A DNA stretch of 64,000 nt from Eledone cirrhosa. Lineage: Eukaryota. Below are positions 30,926 to 46,499 of the stretch, piece by piece. The notes beneath the pieces were generated by a model. That model was not told the origin of the DNA. It did no database searches and saw nothing but the letters and a program-made list of their open reading frames with translations. The DNA is taken from the NCBI GenBank assembly GCA_964016885.1, contig OZ024749.1:49972001-50036000 (forward strand). The letters are read 5' to 3'. Within the stretch, counting starts at the first letter, position 1. Every line of letters begins with the position of its first letter. The position numbers were made by a program, and so were the translations under genes.

Positions 30926-30982
30926 ATCATTCTAAACAATAATACATTCTAAACATTAAGTGTGCATGCATATGTGCATGTG

Positions 30983-31138
<156 letters not shown>

Positions 31139-31211
31139 CGTGTTTATCGATTAATAATACAAACATTCAATTCGTTTGCAAGAAAACGGCCTTGGCAAAT
31201 AAATAATTTTG

Positions 31212-31302
<91 letters not shown>

Positions 31303-32013
31303 CAATGTACTTCATAACCCTGAAACAAGTAATAAAATACATACAGAGAACATCAGTTATTTCATCTTGAACTTAATTAAAATATTCACCTTTTGTAACG
31401 AAAACCTGTCTTTGGGTGCTTAAGTATGTAATTATTATATGTACTGTTCGTGTTGTATGTTGGTGTGTTTACATTGGGAGTTTTGCATGTGTGATTGTGT
31501 GGCGTAGTTTGTTTTTTATGTATATGAATATGAAGTTTGTGCGGGTGTGGCGTAGTTTGTTTTTTATGCATATGTAAATGAATATTTTAGTGTTGAATTT
31601 TCAATGCGTATATTCGCACAATGAATGATAATTTACTTCACACACTATACACTATTGGCAAAGTTAAATTGCCTACAAGAGATATTTCATATTAACGTTA
31701 ATTAGCACCTTCTCCTTTCGTAGTGTATTCCAATTGAACTCCAGTACATTCCTGCTTAAATGAATAAACAAAATGTAAAGGTAATATTAAATGTACGAAT
31801 ATACCGAATGAATATCAGAAATGAATTTTAGAAAAATGTGAGTAAATTTGCTTCTACTAAATATTTTAATGCATAATTACTACAACGTAACACCTAATGG
31901 CATATTCATCATTGGAGTGTGTTTTACTTACAATGATATATACACATAGATACTCACCAGGCACATATGCAGGAATACACACACTCACACACACATTCTT
32001 AGTTATATATATG

Positions 32014-32385
<372 letters not shown>

Positions 32386-32466
32386 GTTGGTGCCATCTAT
32401 GTTACACACAATGTATCTATACAAATACAACGTTAATATTCATGTCTCTCTCTCTCTCACTCTCCC

Positions 32467-32536
<70 letters not shown>

Positions 32537-33730
32537 AGGGTGTGTGTGTGTGTGTGTGTATGTATATATATATAAATATATAAAGACAGATGAGAGAGAG
32601 AGAGAAAGAGAGACAAAGTGATAGAGAGAAAGGGAGAGAGAGGGATAGAGAGAGAAATATTTATATATGTATTTATATATATATAAACTACATTTTATGT
32701 TAAACCTGTTTATATTTAACATTTAACGGCTAGGAATCGTGATCGGAAATATTTTACAAATGCACAGATAATAAGAAAACATATGACGGAGAAAACAGTA
32801 CATGAGAACATAGGCATGTAATTACAACACATCGGTATTTTTCCATACTAACGCCAACACATTTTGCGTTGCTTTTATGTATAATATAAATGATAACTAG
32901 ACCACTTTCACTCATGTGCAGCATTTAATAAATGAAGGTAATTCTAGCGGTGTAATTGGAATGCAAGCCAATATGTTTACAAAGGCAATTTGCTACACAA
33001 AATGCTGTTATGGGACATGTAGATTGGTGCTAAATGGCAAATAAAATATTTGTATAGAAAGGCATGTGTATGTTTACTTGAATCTTTGAAGAAGTTACGG
33101 AAGAATAATATTGACAAAATGATGTGTTGCACCTGAAATGAATAGTTATTCACATGCCTGACTGATATTGTTAGCATGATGTATTGTTCAGAGCTGATTT
33201 GATCTTTGGCGAGAAATCCTTAGATCAGGTCTCGCTGGATACTTCAAAGCTTCCCATCATAGGAATTACCACATACTGCAGTTATTGACAGAGAACTAAT
33301 TTACGATTAGAGTTTCATGTATGAATGCCCAGGTCCCATAAATGTTGCGTTAAAGGTCATTGAAGAAGATCGTTGATGAAATATGAATGCAGTTATTTTC
33401 TCGAAGACAAAAATGCCTAAATTAAAAAGCGTACAATGAGATATCGTCAATTTTAACATGCACAATTTTATTAAAAGCTAAGTTAGAACAGGATGACTTT
33501 TCCATTTATCTATTCCTATTTTTCGTGGTTTTTATAGAGCTGAATCTTAACTATCTTAAGTATTTTATTGGTCATTATTTCCTCACAGCATATAGTGATA
33601 TAGCTGAATAGTATTCTGGTCGCATTATAGATATTAAGTTCGATTTTCGCAAATACAGAGTGCGCACTATAAAAATGTCACTCTTATTATATATATTCAT
33701 AGGACCCGCCTCGTTGATCTCTTTCTTAAT

Positions 33731-33768
33731 ATAATCAATTCATGGTTTTCTAACCATGAATTGATTAT
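33731..33768. repeat. Perfect 17-bp hairpin
   Basis: ATAATCAATTCATGGTT-ttct-AACCATGAATTGATTAT. Confidence 0.85.
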
Positions 33769-35404
33769 CTTTTCGTACAATATATATTAACATATTCTCT
33801 GGTTTGACTGCTTTTCGTAGGGTTTCGCAAACTATTTCGCGATATTTCTTTTATTTATTTCATTTAAGATAACCACAAGCTAAAATGTATCATAAATAAT
33901 TACAACTTTTAATTATGAGCCCTTATATTTGAGACTTTCAGTTCAAACACAGCCAAGTTATATGCGTTTTACAATAAATTACACAATCACTTTAATTAAA
34001 TACATTACCCCCACTAAATTATTTCGCATGATATGATGTATTTTCAGAAATTTATAATTTCGACATTAGCCTGTAGAAACTTTTGCAAGTTAGGAACGTA
34101 GATTTGTTTTTGCTTTTAATGTATGTCCCTTGTCTTCCTCTAACAATTTTATAAAAAAGAATGCAAAACACCAGCCATAGTGAGCATACGCAGTTCTTTT
34201 ATTATCTGTTATCTATTCCTCTCAGCCACATCTATATATTTCTGTTTCACTCGCTATGTATCTTTATATCACTCTCTGTCTCTTTACATGCACACTCGTT
34301 CTCTTCATAATGCTTTTATTTTATTTGCTTTTTGTAAGTGTTACTCAAGGCGTTTGAATGACCATGTCAGAGTGACATTGTCGCTGCAGTTAAATAATCG
34401 ATATGTACCTACTTTTTGGAAAAGAAAAGGCGTGTTTTTAAATGAAATATAATTATTTATCAGAAAGAACGTGAAAATAGAATATGTAGACGGAAGGCTA
34501 TATTATATCGTTCAATCCAGTTTAAGGAGAAAAGCGGATAATGAATGGAGTAGATGTTCGTTGTGCATGCTAGCTAGCTAGCTAACTAGAGAAATAGAAA
34601 TGTAACAGAAATATACAATGGATGAACGACATTAAGGTTATGAAGCGAAACGAGTCCTTTCGCTGTGTTTAAAATTATATGACGTTTTTTTTATTTATTA
34701 TAAATTCAGAGGTTAAAAAATCAAGAGGTATATGAATTATCCATTGTTTCCATGAGAGAGGATGGGATTAGTTCAGCATACAAATAATTTGCACTGCCAA
34801 TTTAGTCCATGGAATACATAGGCGTATGTTCAGGGAAGAGATTCATCTATTCCCTAGCCCATTCTTGAAATGTATGAAAAATATAGCGGGTATATCCATG
34901 TCAACCACCATCTTTTTTTATTTTAGTATATACTTATATATAACAGCCAGCGTGACCTACCATAAATATAACAGTATATATATATGTGTATATTTTATGT
35001 AGTCGTCAGTGAAAATTGATTTTATTGTCACTTATATACACTAAGTATTAGGTATATCACTCAGTATTAGGTGTTTGAACTGGGGATGAATAGCCTCCTT
35101 ATTAATTATGAAGGATTAAATATGCGATTGAAAATAAGTTATGCGTAAGTAGGTGTAAAACGTTTCGCAAATGAGCTTCACTGGTACAGAAACAGTTAGG
35201 TAAATATTTCGCTAACGTGCAGCTGATACGATGCAAATTGAATTCACAGACTAGTCATATATTAACGACCGATTACGTAGGTAAAACATATGTCACTGAG
35301 CTGATACTTTTTGAAACGAGCGATAGACATCAATACAAATAAATAGGTTGAATTGCACACACAACCACGCACATACACACACACGAACACGCACATATAT
35401 ATAT

Positions 35405-35490
<86 letters not shown>

Positions 35491-35493
<3 letters not shown>

Positions 35494-35660
35494 TAAGACC
35501 CCGACGGCTGAGCTCAAGCCGTTTCGACGGCTAATTCTGTCGAAACGGCTTGAGCTCAGCCGTCGGGGTCTTACTTACTCCTATTACCCACTCTACTACC
35601 CTAAGTATTGAGTAATTTGGTGCGTTATGGTCCACCTGCTTCCTTACCACTTTACCCTCG

Positions 35661-35662
<2 letters not shown>
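35491..35662 (+). mobile_element. Family G palindrome with tail
   Basis: AGTAAGACCCCGACGGCTGAGCTCAAGCCGTTTCGAC inverted against GTCGAAACGGCTTGAGCTCAGCCGTCGGGGTCTTACT, then ~85 bp tail; (TA)n both sides. Confidence 0.85.
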
Positions 35663-35739
<77 letters not shown>

Positions 35740-35865
35740 TTCATTAGTTAAGCAAAACAAGACCACAAAATTCACAAGGAAGACGTTAGTTAAAGAGTGT
35801 CAACATAGTTGCAGTTTAATGTAAGGAATAAGGAGTGTAATTATAGTTTAATGTGACGAATGATA

Positions 35866-36136
35866 ATAATTGTTTCTACTGTTGGCACAAGGTCAGCAAT
35901 TACCCAGAGCATTACTGGAACTTTATTTTATCGACCCCTAATAATTGTTTCTACTTTTGGCACAAGGCCAGCAATTAACCAGTGCATTACTGGTACTTTA
36001 TTTTATCGACCCCGTAAGGATTAAAGGCAAAGTTAACCTCGGCGGGATTTGAACTCAGAATAGCAAGGGCTGTAACTCTATGCGTCAGAGCATGGCGTCC
36101 ACCCCTCTACCGATACTGCCAATTCATCGTCCCCTT
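35866..36136 (-). mobile_element. One partial and one full tRNA-head SINE nested in the family H left arm
   Basis: SINE consensus matches at 35866-35938 and 35940-36136, in a (TAA)-like site. Confidence 0.88.
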
Positions 36137-36323
36137 ATAATAATGTCCGTTTACAATTGTTTCGCTACTCCATATAATGTTTCTGGATCAATTGATTATA
36201 GATTATTATTAATCTGGTTCATTCAATATGGAACATGACATTCATGTAACCATCTTACGTTATTTTTTTATATATTCCTTATTCCATCTTATCTTTATCA
36301 ATATTCTCATTATCTTATTTGAA

Positions 36324-36444
36324 GTTCTGAAGAGCTGCTCCATAATATTACCTAAGTTACTTATCTTCATCTGAACCAGAACAATAATTATCTATAATCA
36401 ATTGATCCAGAAACAGTATATGGAGTAGCGAAACAATTGTAAAC
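36324..36444 (+). ncRNA. Type-I hammerhead with 11-bp stem II and large loop
   Basis: GTT-CTGAAGA(36327)-GCTGCTCCATA..TATGGAGTAGC-GAAA(36430)-CAATTG-TA-AAC; canonical G10.1-C11.1, GUA triplet. Confidence 0.8.
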
Positions 36445-36758
36445 GGCCATTATTGTTATTATTCCTTACATTAAACTATAATTACACTCATTATTCCTTA
36501 CATTAAACTGCAACTATGTTGACACTCTTTAACTAACGTCTTACGTGTGAAATTTGTGGTCTTTTTTTGCTTAACAAATGAATATTTCCAGCCCTGTGCA
36601 CATAATCTCTGCATGAACCCAGCCCTCTAGCTGCCTTCTACTGCATATTGCACATCGAGCCTTTACGCTTTTGGCTTCTAATACCTTCACCAACCTCTCA
36701 TCTCCTCCCCTATCTCCATCTCTCTGTTTAAGATTGGTTTACTCTAGAACTGTGTGTG

Positions 36759-36889
<131 letters not shown>

Positions 36890-36913
36890 GTATGTATATA
36901 AAGATAGATAGAC

Positions 36914-36968
<55 letters not shown>

Positions 36969-37430
36969 TAAAGAGAGAGAGGGAGAGAGAGTAAGAGGGT
37001 CACAAAAAGAGATAGTGAATATATATACATATATAAACATATATCTATATGATCAATATTTCGAAATGGATAATTTCCCAAATTATGTAGGCTTTATATC
37101 TTTATATGTATAAGTGAATATCTATGAATAGATTTTCGATGTCTGCAGTATTTATTTTTTTTATTGCATAACTTATTTACTAGACACATCTGATATATGT
37201 CAGATATATAAACAAAATTAATATAATTGCATATGTCTGCTTTATAATGTATAATATTTGGCTAGCCGATTATTCATACGTTAAATAAAATGGATATGAT
37301 AGGAAAGCTCACGCAGGGAAATATGCAAAGAATCGTCGAATCATATATGATACACATGATTAGGATTTTTAACAATTCATATATATATACATATATGCAT
37401 ATATATGTATATATATATATATATATATAC

Positions 37431-37744
<314 letters not shown>

Positions 37745-37789
37745 ATATATATATATTTCTTATTGGCAACATGGCCCTCCCAAAGTAAT

Positions 37790-38346
37790 ATATTTCGTTT
37801 CTGAATTTGTTTGGTAAAATTCTTTATCTGAAAACGTGTGTTGAAACCGATATTGTTATACTTTGGGAGGGTCATGGTGCCAATAAGAAACACACGCACC
37901 AGTGTTTCACTCCAATTTATTATAAGTTAAATTATAAATTTAACAATTCATAGATTTACGGTTGGTTGGTTCCACAACCGGACGGTTGTTCATATATTGT
38001 CAAAGTTCTTTTGTCACACATTATGTGAACCCTTCAATGACTGGGGATTATTTTCTTTGTGTTGTGCCTCTCCTTTGTTCTGTCCTACGCCATCTTGTTT
38101 TTGTGTGTGATGGCGTAGGACAGAACAAAGGAGAAGCACAACACAAAGAAAATAATCCCCTGTCACTGAAGAGATCACAACATGGGTGACGAAATAGCTT
38201 TGACAATATATGAACAACCGTCTGGTTGTAGAAACAACCAACCGGAAATTTATGAATGTTTAAATGTATAATTTAATTTATAATAAATTGAAATAAAATT
38301 AGGTGTGCGTGTGTTTCTTATTGGCAAAATGACCCTCCCAAAGTAT

Positions 38347-38354
<8 letters not shown>
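37790..38354. mobile_element. Family D1 palindrome (arms ~37850-38094 and 38109-38354, 60 bp tail on left)
   Basis: Axis CTACGCCATC-14 nt-GATGGCGTAG; arms diverged; HHR motif in both arms. Confidence 0.88.
38161..38205 (+). ncRNA. Minimal type-I hammerhead (45 nt)
   Basis: TGTCA-CTGAAGA(38166)-GaTCAC aacatgg GTGAC-GAAA(38191)-TAGC-TT-TGACA; decayed mirror copy at ~37998-38042 on minus. Confidence 0.8.
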
Positions 38355-38385
<31 letters not shown>

Positions 38386-38562
38386 AGTACAGAGGCCGGC
38401 TGTGTGGTTACTGTAAACAAAGTGTAAGTATGGTTTAGGGACATAAACAAGGAAGGTAGCCCTTAATAAGGTGCTTACTGCGGATCAAAGATGTTTTGGC
38501 GCTTAAAACAGGACATCGATCAGCCAGGCGCCCGTGGCCTTTTATTCATATATATATATATA

Positions 38563-38931
38563 TCTATCTATTTATGTAAGGCGGGTAAACTTCCCGAGAT
38601 CCATGGACGAGTTCTCTCCAGCGGTCTCTGTCCCTCATTATTGCTGCCATGTCCTGCGTCACCAAGAGACCAGTGTCTGTCCTTAGGGCATCAACATACG
38701 TTAACCTTGGTCTTCCTCTTCTAGTGTGTCCATGTAGGGGCTCCCACAGGAGCACTGAGTGCAATGTTAACTCTGGATGTCGGTGAGCATGTCCAACTAA
38801 CCACAGTCTCCTCTGTGTCACTTTTCAGCTGACTTTTGGGATGCTCCCATACAGCTCTGAGTCTTTCGTCCTCAGTGTATACTGATTAATGTTCAGAGCC
38901 ATCCTCAGCATTCTCGTCTAGCACACATCCA

Positions 38932-38933
<2 letters not shown>
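38563..38933 (-). mobile_element. RTE-like LINE 3' end
   Basis: TQRRLWLVGHAHRHPE..LLWEPLHGHTRRGRPRLTYVDAL; (AGAT)n tail running into (TA)n. Confidence 0.8.
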
Positions 38934-39001
<68 letters not shown>

Positions 39002-39053
39002 TATATATATAGTGTGTGTGTGTGTGTCTCTCTCTCTCTCCGTGTCTCTCTCT

Positions 39054-39115
<62 letters not shown>

Positions 39116-39649
39116 GTGTATGTGTGTGTGTGCAATATGCATGTAGAAATACATACTTACATACTTACGTAAATAAACACATGCATAATCAGAATGAATA
39201 TGTTCATATATATGTATATATATATATATAAAATATATTCACCCATGTTTTACTGATGAACACAGCCTTGGGTTGACATGTATGTTTCTCATTATTTGCA
39301 GATATTTTCTATCCCCACGACTTTATATTTCTTACCTCTCTACTTCTCTGTCTTTCCCCATATATCTTAAAATTTGGTATATGTTTGAAGGCACATTTTT
39401 TGTATATTTACGTGTATGTAATATCCATATTTGAATAGATTTGCATATGAACAGATGTATGTTAACGTATATATATAAACAGCAATGTATTTCATATTCA
39501 TATACGTTTTCGTTATGCATGTTCTTCCATACATATTTCATGTTCGATATAGTATATTGTGTACAAAGATAGTAATAGTAAATATTATTAAATAAAAAAA
39601 AAACATAAATAAATATAATTAAATAGCAATATAAATATTAAAATAAGTA

Positions 39650-40228
39650 ATTTTTCTACTTTAGGCACAAGGCCAGCAAATTTCAGGGAGTGGAAAGTCC
39701 ATTAAATCGGCCACAGTCGATTACTTGCATTTCATCTTACCAACCCCATTAGGATGAAATGCAAAGCTAACCTCGGCGGGATTTGAACTTAGAAGGTAAA
39801 TGGCCGTAACTCTATGCTAGGAAGCATGGCTTCCGTCGCTCTACCGTTACTGCCAATCAAAATAAAAAAAAACAATAATAATGATAATAATTGTCTCTAC
39901 TTTAGGCACAAGGCCAGCAATTACACAGTGCATTACTGGTACTTTATTTTATCGACCCCGTAAAGATGAAAGGCAAAGTCAACCTCGGCGGGATTTGAAC
40001 TCAGATTGTAAAGGGACGTAACTAAGCTGGAAAGCATGGCGTCCGACCCTCTACTGATACCGCCAATCCACGGCCCTTATAATATCAATAATAATGATAA
40101 CGTTACTACTTTTGGCACAAGACCAGCAATTATGCCAGTGCTTTACTGGCACTTTATTTCATCGACCCCCATAAGGATGAAAGGTAAAGTTAACCTCGGA
40201 GGTGTTTGACCCCTCTACCGATACTCCC
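39650..40228 (-). mobile_element. Cluster of three tRNA-head SINEs (39650-39858, 39887-40078, 40100-40228)
   Basis: SINE consensus separated by (TAA)n. Confidence 0.88.
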
Positions 40229-40740
40229 ATATTGTTGTTGTTGTTGTTTTTGTCGGTGCTCTTTTGATAATTTATAATAACATTTATATTAATATGTTTG
40301 TATCATTGTCATTGCAAGGGCGGTTTATTTGTCGATGAAATAAAATGCAAGTAAGTAATGAGATCCATACTCCCTTCACACAAATCGATGGTATTGTGCC
40401 CATGTTAGTATAAACATACATTATTCCTACTTATGCATATAGACTTCTCGTTAAACACATACAGCATAACATCGATAGATATTATGCTGTATCTAAAAAT
40501 CAGAAGTCCATGTATGTCACGAGTAACTAACATGTATGAAAATATGCATAGGAGTTGGAATGTTCAACTGAGTTTGTGCCTTTAGGATAGTTTGTTAATG
40601 TTTATATGCTCATGAAAGTTTCAGGGGATGTATGGATATATTACAAATGTACACAGTTTTTATATATTTTTTAAAATATATGTGTAAATATATATAGGCG
40701 AATATACAGTACTGTATGTGTGTATTCGTATAACTGATTA

Positions 40741-41115
40741 TTTGTATTTAAGAAAAGCCACTGTACTAATAGAAAATCTGTTATATGTAAAGTAAACCCC
40801 CAAATAAACTGTAAAACTAGAAATGTAGTGTACAGCATAAGGTGTACAGAGGGTACTTGCAGAAACATAACAACAACATACATAGGCGAGACAGCTCGTA
40901 GCATAGGTGAAAGAATAGACCAACACTGCGGGAAACTAAAAGGACGAAATAACGGTTCAGTACTATACGAACACGCCAGACAACAACATGACGGTATCAT
41001 AGACAACATAGAAATTAAAATAATATCTAAATATAGAAATGACCCAGTAGATAGGCAAATCAGAGAGGCAAGCGAAATAGAGCCTAGAAGGCGAAAGCTA
41101 AACAGAAAAAAATGA
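40741..41115 (+). pseudogene. GIY-YIG endonuclease domain, C-terminus of a Penelope-like element ORF (5'-truncated)
   Basis: ..HCTNRKSVICK..INCKTRNVVYSIRC..C..TYIGETARSIGERIDQH..SVLYEH..H..RQIREA..LN: VVY/YIG motifs, conserved R and E, PLE-type Cys/His pattern. Confidence 0.85.
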
Positions 41116-41408
41116 ATAGATTAACAACACCACAAACAATACTGACTTAAGAGAAATATAAATAAATACATGAATAAATAAATAAATAAATACTCTAGCA
41201 CAATAACAAAAAACACATATAAACACACACTAGTAAACTAAGATAGAATACAATAACCGAAACGCAGTCACCCCAAAGACGAACACACACCAAACACTAT
41301 ACACGCACGCACGCGCATATTCAGAGAAGAAGACAAAAAAAAATAAATAAATAAACAGACAAAATAAAAATGGTGTAGATATACTATACAACAAGAGGAA
41401 CATAATAG

Positions 41409-41452
41409 TACCACTGATGATGTTGTAGATGTGCAACGAAAGAACTTTGTTA
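41409..41452 (+). ncRNA. Hammerhead motif in PLE 3'UTR
   Basis: TACCA-CTGATGA(41414)-tGTTGTA gatg TGCAAC-GAAA(41438)-GAAC-TT-TGTTA. Confidence 0.72.
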
Positions 41453-41659
41453 GACTATATATATATGTGTTAATATATATATTATATCTGTATTTTTGAC
41501 CGTTGGTCAGTCAACGGTAAATATTGAAGACCAAATGAATTAACTGTGGAGATATAAAAGATACAGAAGCGTAAACCAACCAAACAGTGCGTGTGTTCTG
41601 TTATTATTTCTGGCAATATTATTACAACAATATGACCGTCCCCAAGCATAATAATAATA

Positions 41660-41724
<65 letters not shown>

Positions 41725-41836
41725 GGATTGATACTCACAGGGGAACGGATTAAGAACCCACAAGCACACACTTCGTCCGTTCCCATGTCGATTCAACTTA
41801 GATTGCCTCGGAAACATAACCTTATTATGTAACAAT

Positions 41837-41908
41837 CTGTCTGATGATGTCACGGCACTCGCACACGGAACAGTGTGGCCAGTGTCGTCATTGAAATATA
41901 TATCACAG
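41837..41908 (+). ncRNA. Type-I hammerhead, family J (insert ~41721-41970 between TA arrays)
   Basis: CTGT-CTGATGA(41841)-TGtcACGGCACT..CACAC..GTGTG..AGTGTCGTCAtt-GAAA(41893)-TATATA-TC-ACAG; AUC triplet. Confidence 0.8.
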
Positions 41909-41992
41909 CATTATTATTAAAGGACTTGAACATCTGAAAGTACTTCGCTTTTACTTATTCTCTCCCTCTCTATATATATATCTATATATCTA

Positions 41993-42056
<64 letters not shown>

Positions 42057-42210
42057 TGGTGTGTGTGTTTGTCTGTGTCTGTATGCATATGTAGCTGTCC
42101 TTTCAGATAGCATATATTATATTGACTAGGTACTTCTCTGAGTACATCGTAACCTAATTCTGTATACTTGCTTCATATATAAATCTGACACTTATGATAA
42201 TTAACGTGGG

Positions 42211-42312
<102 letters not shown>

Positions 42313-43136
42313 AATATTGATGAATAGAGGAAACGGTTTTTGTCGTATCGTGATATGAAGAAACCTATGTCAAAATGTTATGATTAAGTCGGCATTTAGT
42401 AATGCTTTATTTTGGGACGTGTTTAACCAAATCCTCTTTCCTTGTGCCCAAACCATGTAAATGCTATTACATTTTGTGCATTTGAAATGTTTGTTATCTG
42501 TCCGCTTCCAAAGTTTGACCTCTCAATATAAAGATAACCTTGCAAACCATTTCACTGCTAAAGTATTTTTAAAGAATATTTAACGGCGAGAAACAGAACA
42601 TGTTTTCTATTCATTTACATATTTCAGAGCCGTCAAATGTTAGAAATTATACAATCTTCGTGATGAAGTATATTTTCTAATACTATACTAAAAAATAATA
42701 CAGCCGATCGTATTCAAATTTATTTCAGATGATCATGAATATTCCTCATGCATCGTGTGGTATAGCAATGAATGTCTTTGAATTAATATCTATAATGCTC
42801 TTGAGAAATCAGCCAGCATCCATCATTTTTTTCGCGGATTTATCCGCAGATGATCTCTGCATATGGAAGCATATTGCTGCGTATTTGAGCGCCGCTTGAT
42901 AATGTCACTTGGGTAATGAATTATTAAGATTGATATCAACATTCATTTCATACACAGTTGATTGAATTTATATTCATGAAATATCGTTTGCTCTGTTAAA
43001 GATTTACATTTGGGTTTCATTTGTTTTGTATGTGTAATGAGCAATTACAAACGTACGAACAGTTAAATACTTTGAATCATCAAGATAATTAATCTTCTTC
43101 CATTAAACATGTGATACCAATATTATTAAGCATTAT

Positions 43137-43328
43137 TGGTGGATTGGCAGTATCGGTAGAGAGTCGGACACCATGCTTTGAAGCATAGAGTTACGTCCCT
43201 TTATGATCTGAGTTCAAATCCCGCCGAGGTTAACTTTGCCTTTCATCCTTACGGGGTCGATAAAATAAAGTACCAGTAATGTACTGGGTTATTGCTGGCC
43301 TTGTGCCTAAAATAGAAACAATTATTAT
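43137..43328 (+). mobile_element. tRNA-head SINE, near full length
   Basis: A box 43146 TGGCAGTATCGG, B box 43210 GAGTTCAAATCC, core and tail intact. Confidence 0.9.
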
Positions 43329-43649
43329 TGTAAACGGTAATTTATGCTTTGCGCGCTCTAATGGGAGTTTCACCAATGAGTGTCTTATGAGACACGCAGA
43401 TCTTACTGGGTATATGCAATGTAATATTACAATATCTACCTCAATATTACTATGAATAGTATGCTCGGGGACAATGTCCGAAGACACTCGTTTTGACATA
43501 GAAGGAATGATTCATGAAGAGATTGTTCGGAACAAAATCAAGTGAGAAAATTATACGAGTTGAGTGTGTAGTCCGGATGAACATAGTTGTCAAGAAAGTC
43601 TATAATAACTTACATTTGTATTAAGTTGCCTACATCAGTCAAGCATTAT

Positions 43650-43852
43650 TATCGGTAGAGTGTCGGATACAATGCTTTGTAGCTTAGAGTCACGGCCCTT
43701 TTATGGTCTAAGTTCAAATACCGCCGAGGTTAACTTTGCCTTTCATCCTTACGGGATCGATAACATGAAGTACCAGTAACGTACCGGGGTCGATTTATCG
43801 ATTTCCCCTCTCCCCAAATTGATGACCTTGTGCCTATACTAGAAATCATTAT
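43650..43852 (+). mobile_element. tRNA-head SINE (long-tail subfamily)
   Basis: Same head and core with extra GGGGTCGATTTATCGATTTCCCCTC segment, as in the 9661 and 39650 copies. Confidence 0.85.
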
Positions 43853-45352
43853 TACATTTGTCAAAGGGAATTATGTAGTACAATTGGTCTATTAATTCAG
43901 TAGCTAACATTTTTGAAACTCAGTAGTGTGAAAGACAATACGTAACACTTTTACCTTTTTAGAATTGATTCCAGTAAGTATAATCGAAACCAAACATGGC
44001 ACGGACATGCCATGTGACTACATGATGAGAAAGCGTTGGTCTGCGTTTGCAGGTCATAACAGCAAGAAATATGTTTCCCATTAATATAACATTTATCTAC
44101 ATCTCGTCTTAGAAATATTTGATTGTACTGTGAAACACAGAGTGCTGTGGTGGTCATATACTACACGTTGTCCTCAACACTTACAGAACGTATGTGTGAA
44201 CTGGCAATATCAATTTAGATTTCAACATCATGGCTTCCTAACTTGTCTTCACTAACATTTTTGTTTATCCTTGCTTGAATTCTATGAGCAGGGAATATTG
44301 ATTTATTGGAAGGCATTAATGCCAGTTATTTGAAATATGAAAAAAAAGTTAAGAGCTTCTTCAATTACTGTTTTTAATTTACAGAATGAATATAAAATGT
44401 GTGCTCAACATTGGAATAAATATGACGTCTATACCAAATGCCGCTGTGAAATCAAATCAAATATTAAATTTTAAATGCTACACGGTATCAACATAAATGT
44501 TAATTGAGTTTAGAATTATTTGACGTATTCATGTGTACCGAGTGTAGGTTATAGCTGATTGGTTTGAGAGACCTCAGCAGGGAAGAAATCATATATTCAA
44601 CAAGGCGCTTTGTCATAACCTGTCTGAAGGCCCTGTTTACTGAAATATAGACTTAACAAATAGCCGTCTAGACGATTCACTTTTCGATACCAACATTTTA
44701 AACGTTTAATATAATAATTAAAATTATTTCTTTATATGTCCACAGATAGAAATTTCAATTGTGTGAAATAGTTATATAGCATATATTTCAAACCAAAGAC
44801 ATACCTTGTGGCGTAGATAAATCTCCCCTAACTATTTCAAAAGGTATTTCTTAAAAAGACAAAAAAAATGCATTCACAAATACACGCTCATGCACACGCA
44901 TACATATACACACATATACACAAAGACACAGACACACAAACACACATATAAATGTACATCGCTACTAAAAACACAGCCACCGTAACTGCTATTACCTAAA
45001 TGTGTGCATTCTGAACAGCTGGTTTTAGTTGCATATTATATATACTGCAATTCGCCAGATAGATTGAGAGAGCTAGACGTTGGCTGGAGACCGTTGAATT
45101 AATACCAGTGATTTTCTTTACATTTGTCTATATATATATGTGTATGTGTGTTTTATCTGTTTCGCCTCTTTTCCACTAACTCCTGCCTCACTCCTTCTAG
45201 GAGTTCCTCCCACCCACACTCCCGATGAAAGCCGTATGACCGAAACTTCCCCACCCACCCATTATCACTAAGCGTGAACTTAATACCGTTTGTAACTTGT
45301 ACTCTTGTATTATCGTTTTTTATATTCCTATATATATATATATATGTTGGTG

Positions 45353-45424
<72 letters not shown>

Positions 45425-45430
45425 TATATC

Positions 45431-46094
<664 letters not shown>

Positions 46095-46499
46095 GTGTGT
46101 GTATTTTAAGATTTGTGTGTTAGTGTAGGAGTATATACGTTCAACTTTAAAATAAGCTTACATTTCCGTCCATTACTGATTCATTGTCCTATTGGCTTCT
46201 GAATAGTTTGTGAATCAATATGACTAAATAACAGCTTCATAAAGAACATCATGAAATATCTAGCAAACTATCTTTGTGCTGACTAAGCATTTGTTTCCGT
46301 AGACAGTTTATTCAGCAAAGAAGCAACTCTATTAGAACTTGTATTATTTTTTTATGTAATTTGCTGACAATATATCTATATAAAAAGAAACATTATTACC
46401 ATAGGGAAAAATGAAAGTAGGAAATGGTGAAAAATTAGCAATAACACCTAATCAATAACACTATCACTTTTTGAAGACTTGCTATTGTCCTTGTTGGTG

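Larger units (their letters stand above)
35737..36750 (+). mobile_element. HHR element family H: inverted arms 35737-36221 and 36372-36585 plus ~165 bp tail
   Basis: Left arm is the reverse complement of the right arm once the SINEs at 35866-36136 are removed; (TA)n both sides. Confidence 0.85.
40741..41665 (+). mobile_element. 5'-truncated Penelope-like element (GIY-YIG + 3'UTR with HHR + family D2 end)
   Basis: GIY-YIG ORF, HHR at 41409 and terminus CTGGCAATATT..ATGACCGTCCCCAAGCATAATAAT shared with 15502 and 52420; ends in (TA)n. Confidence 0.8.
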
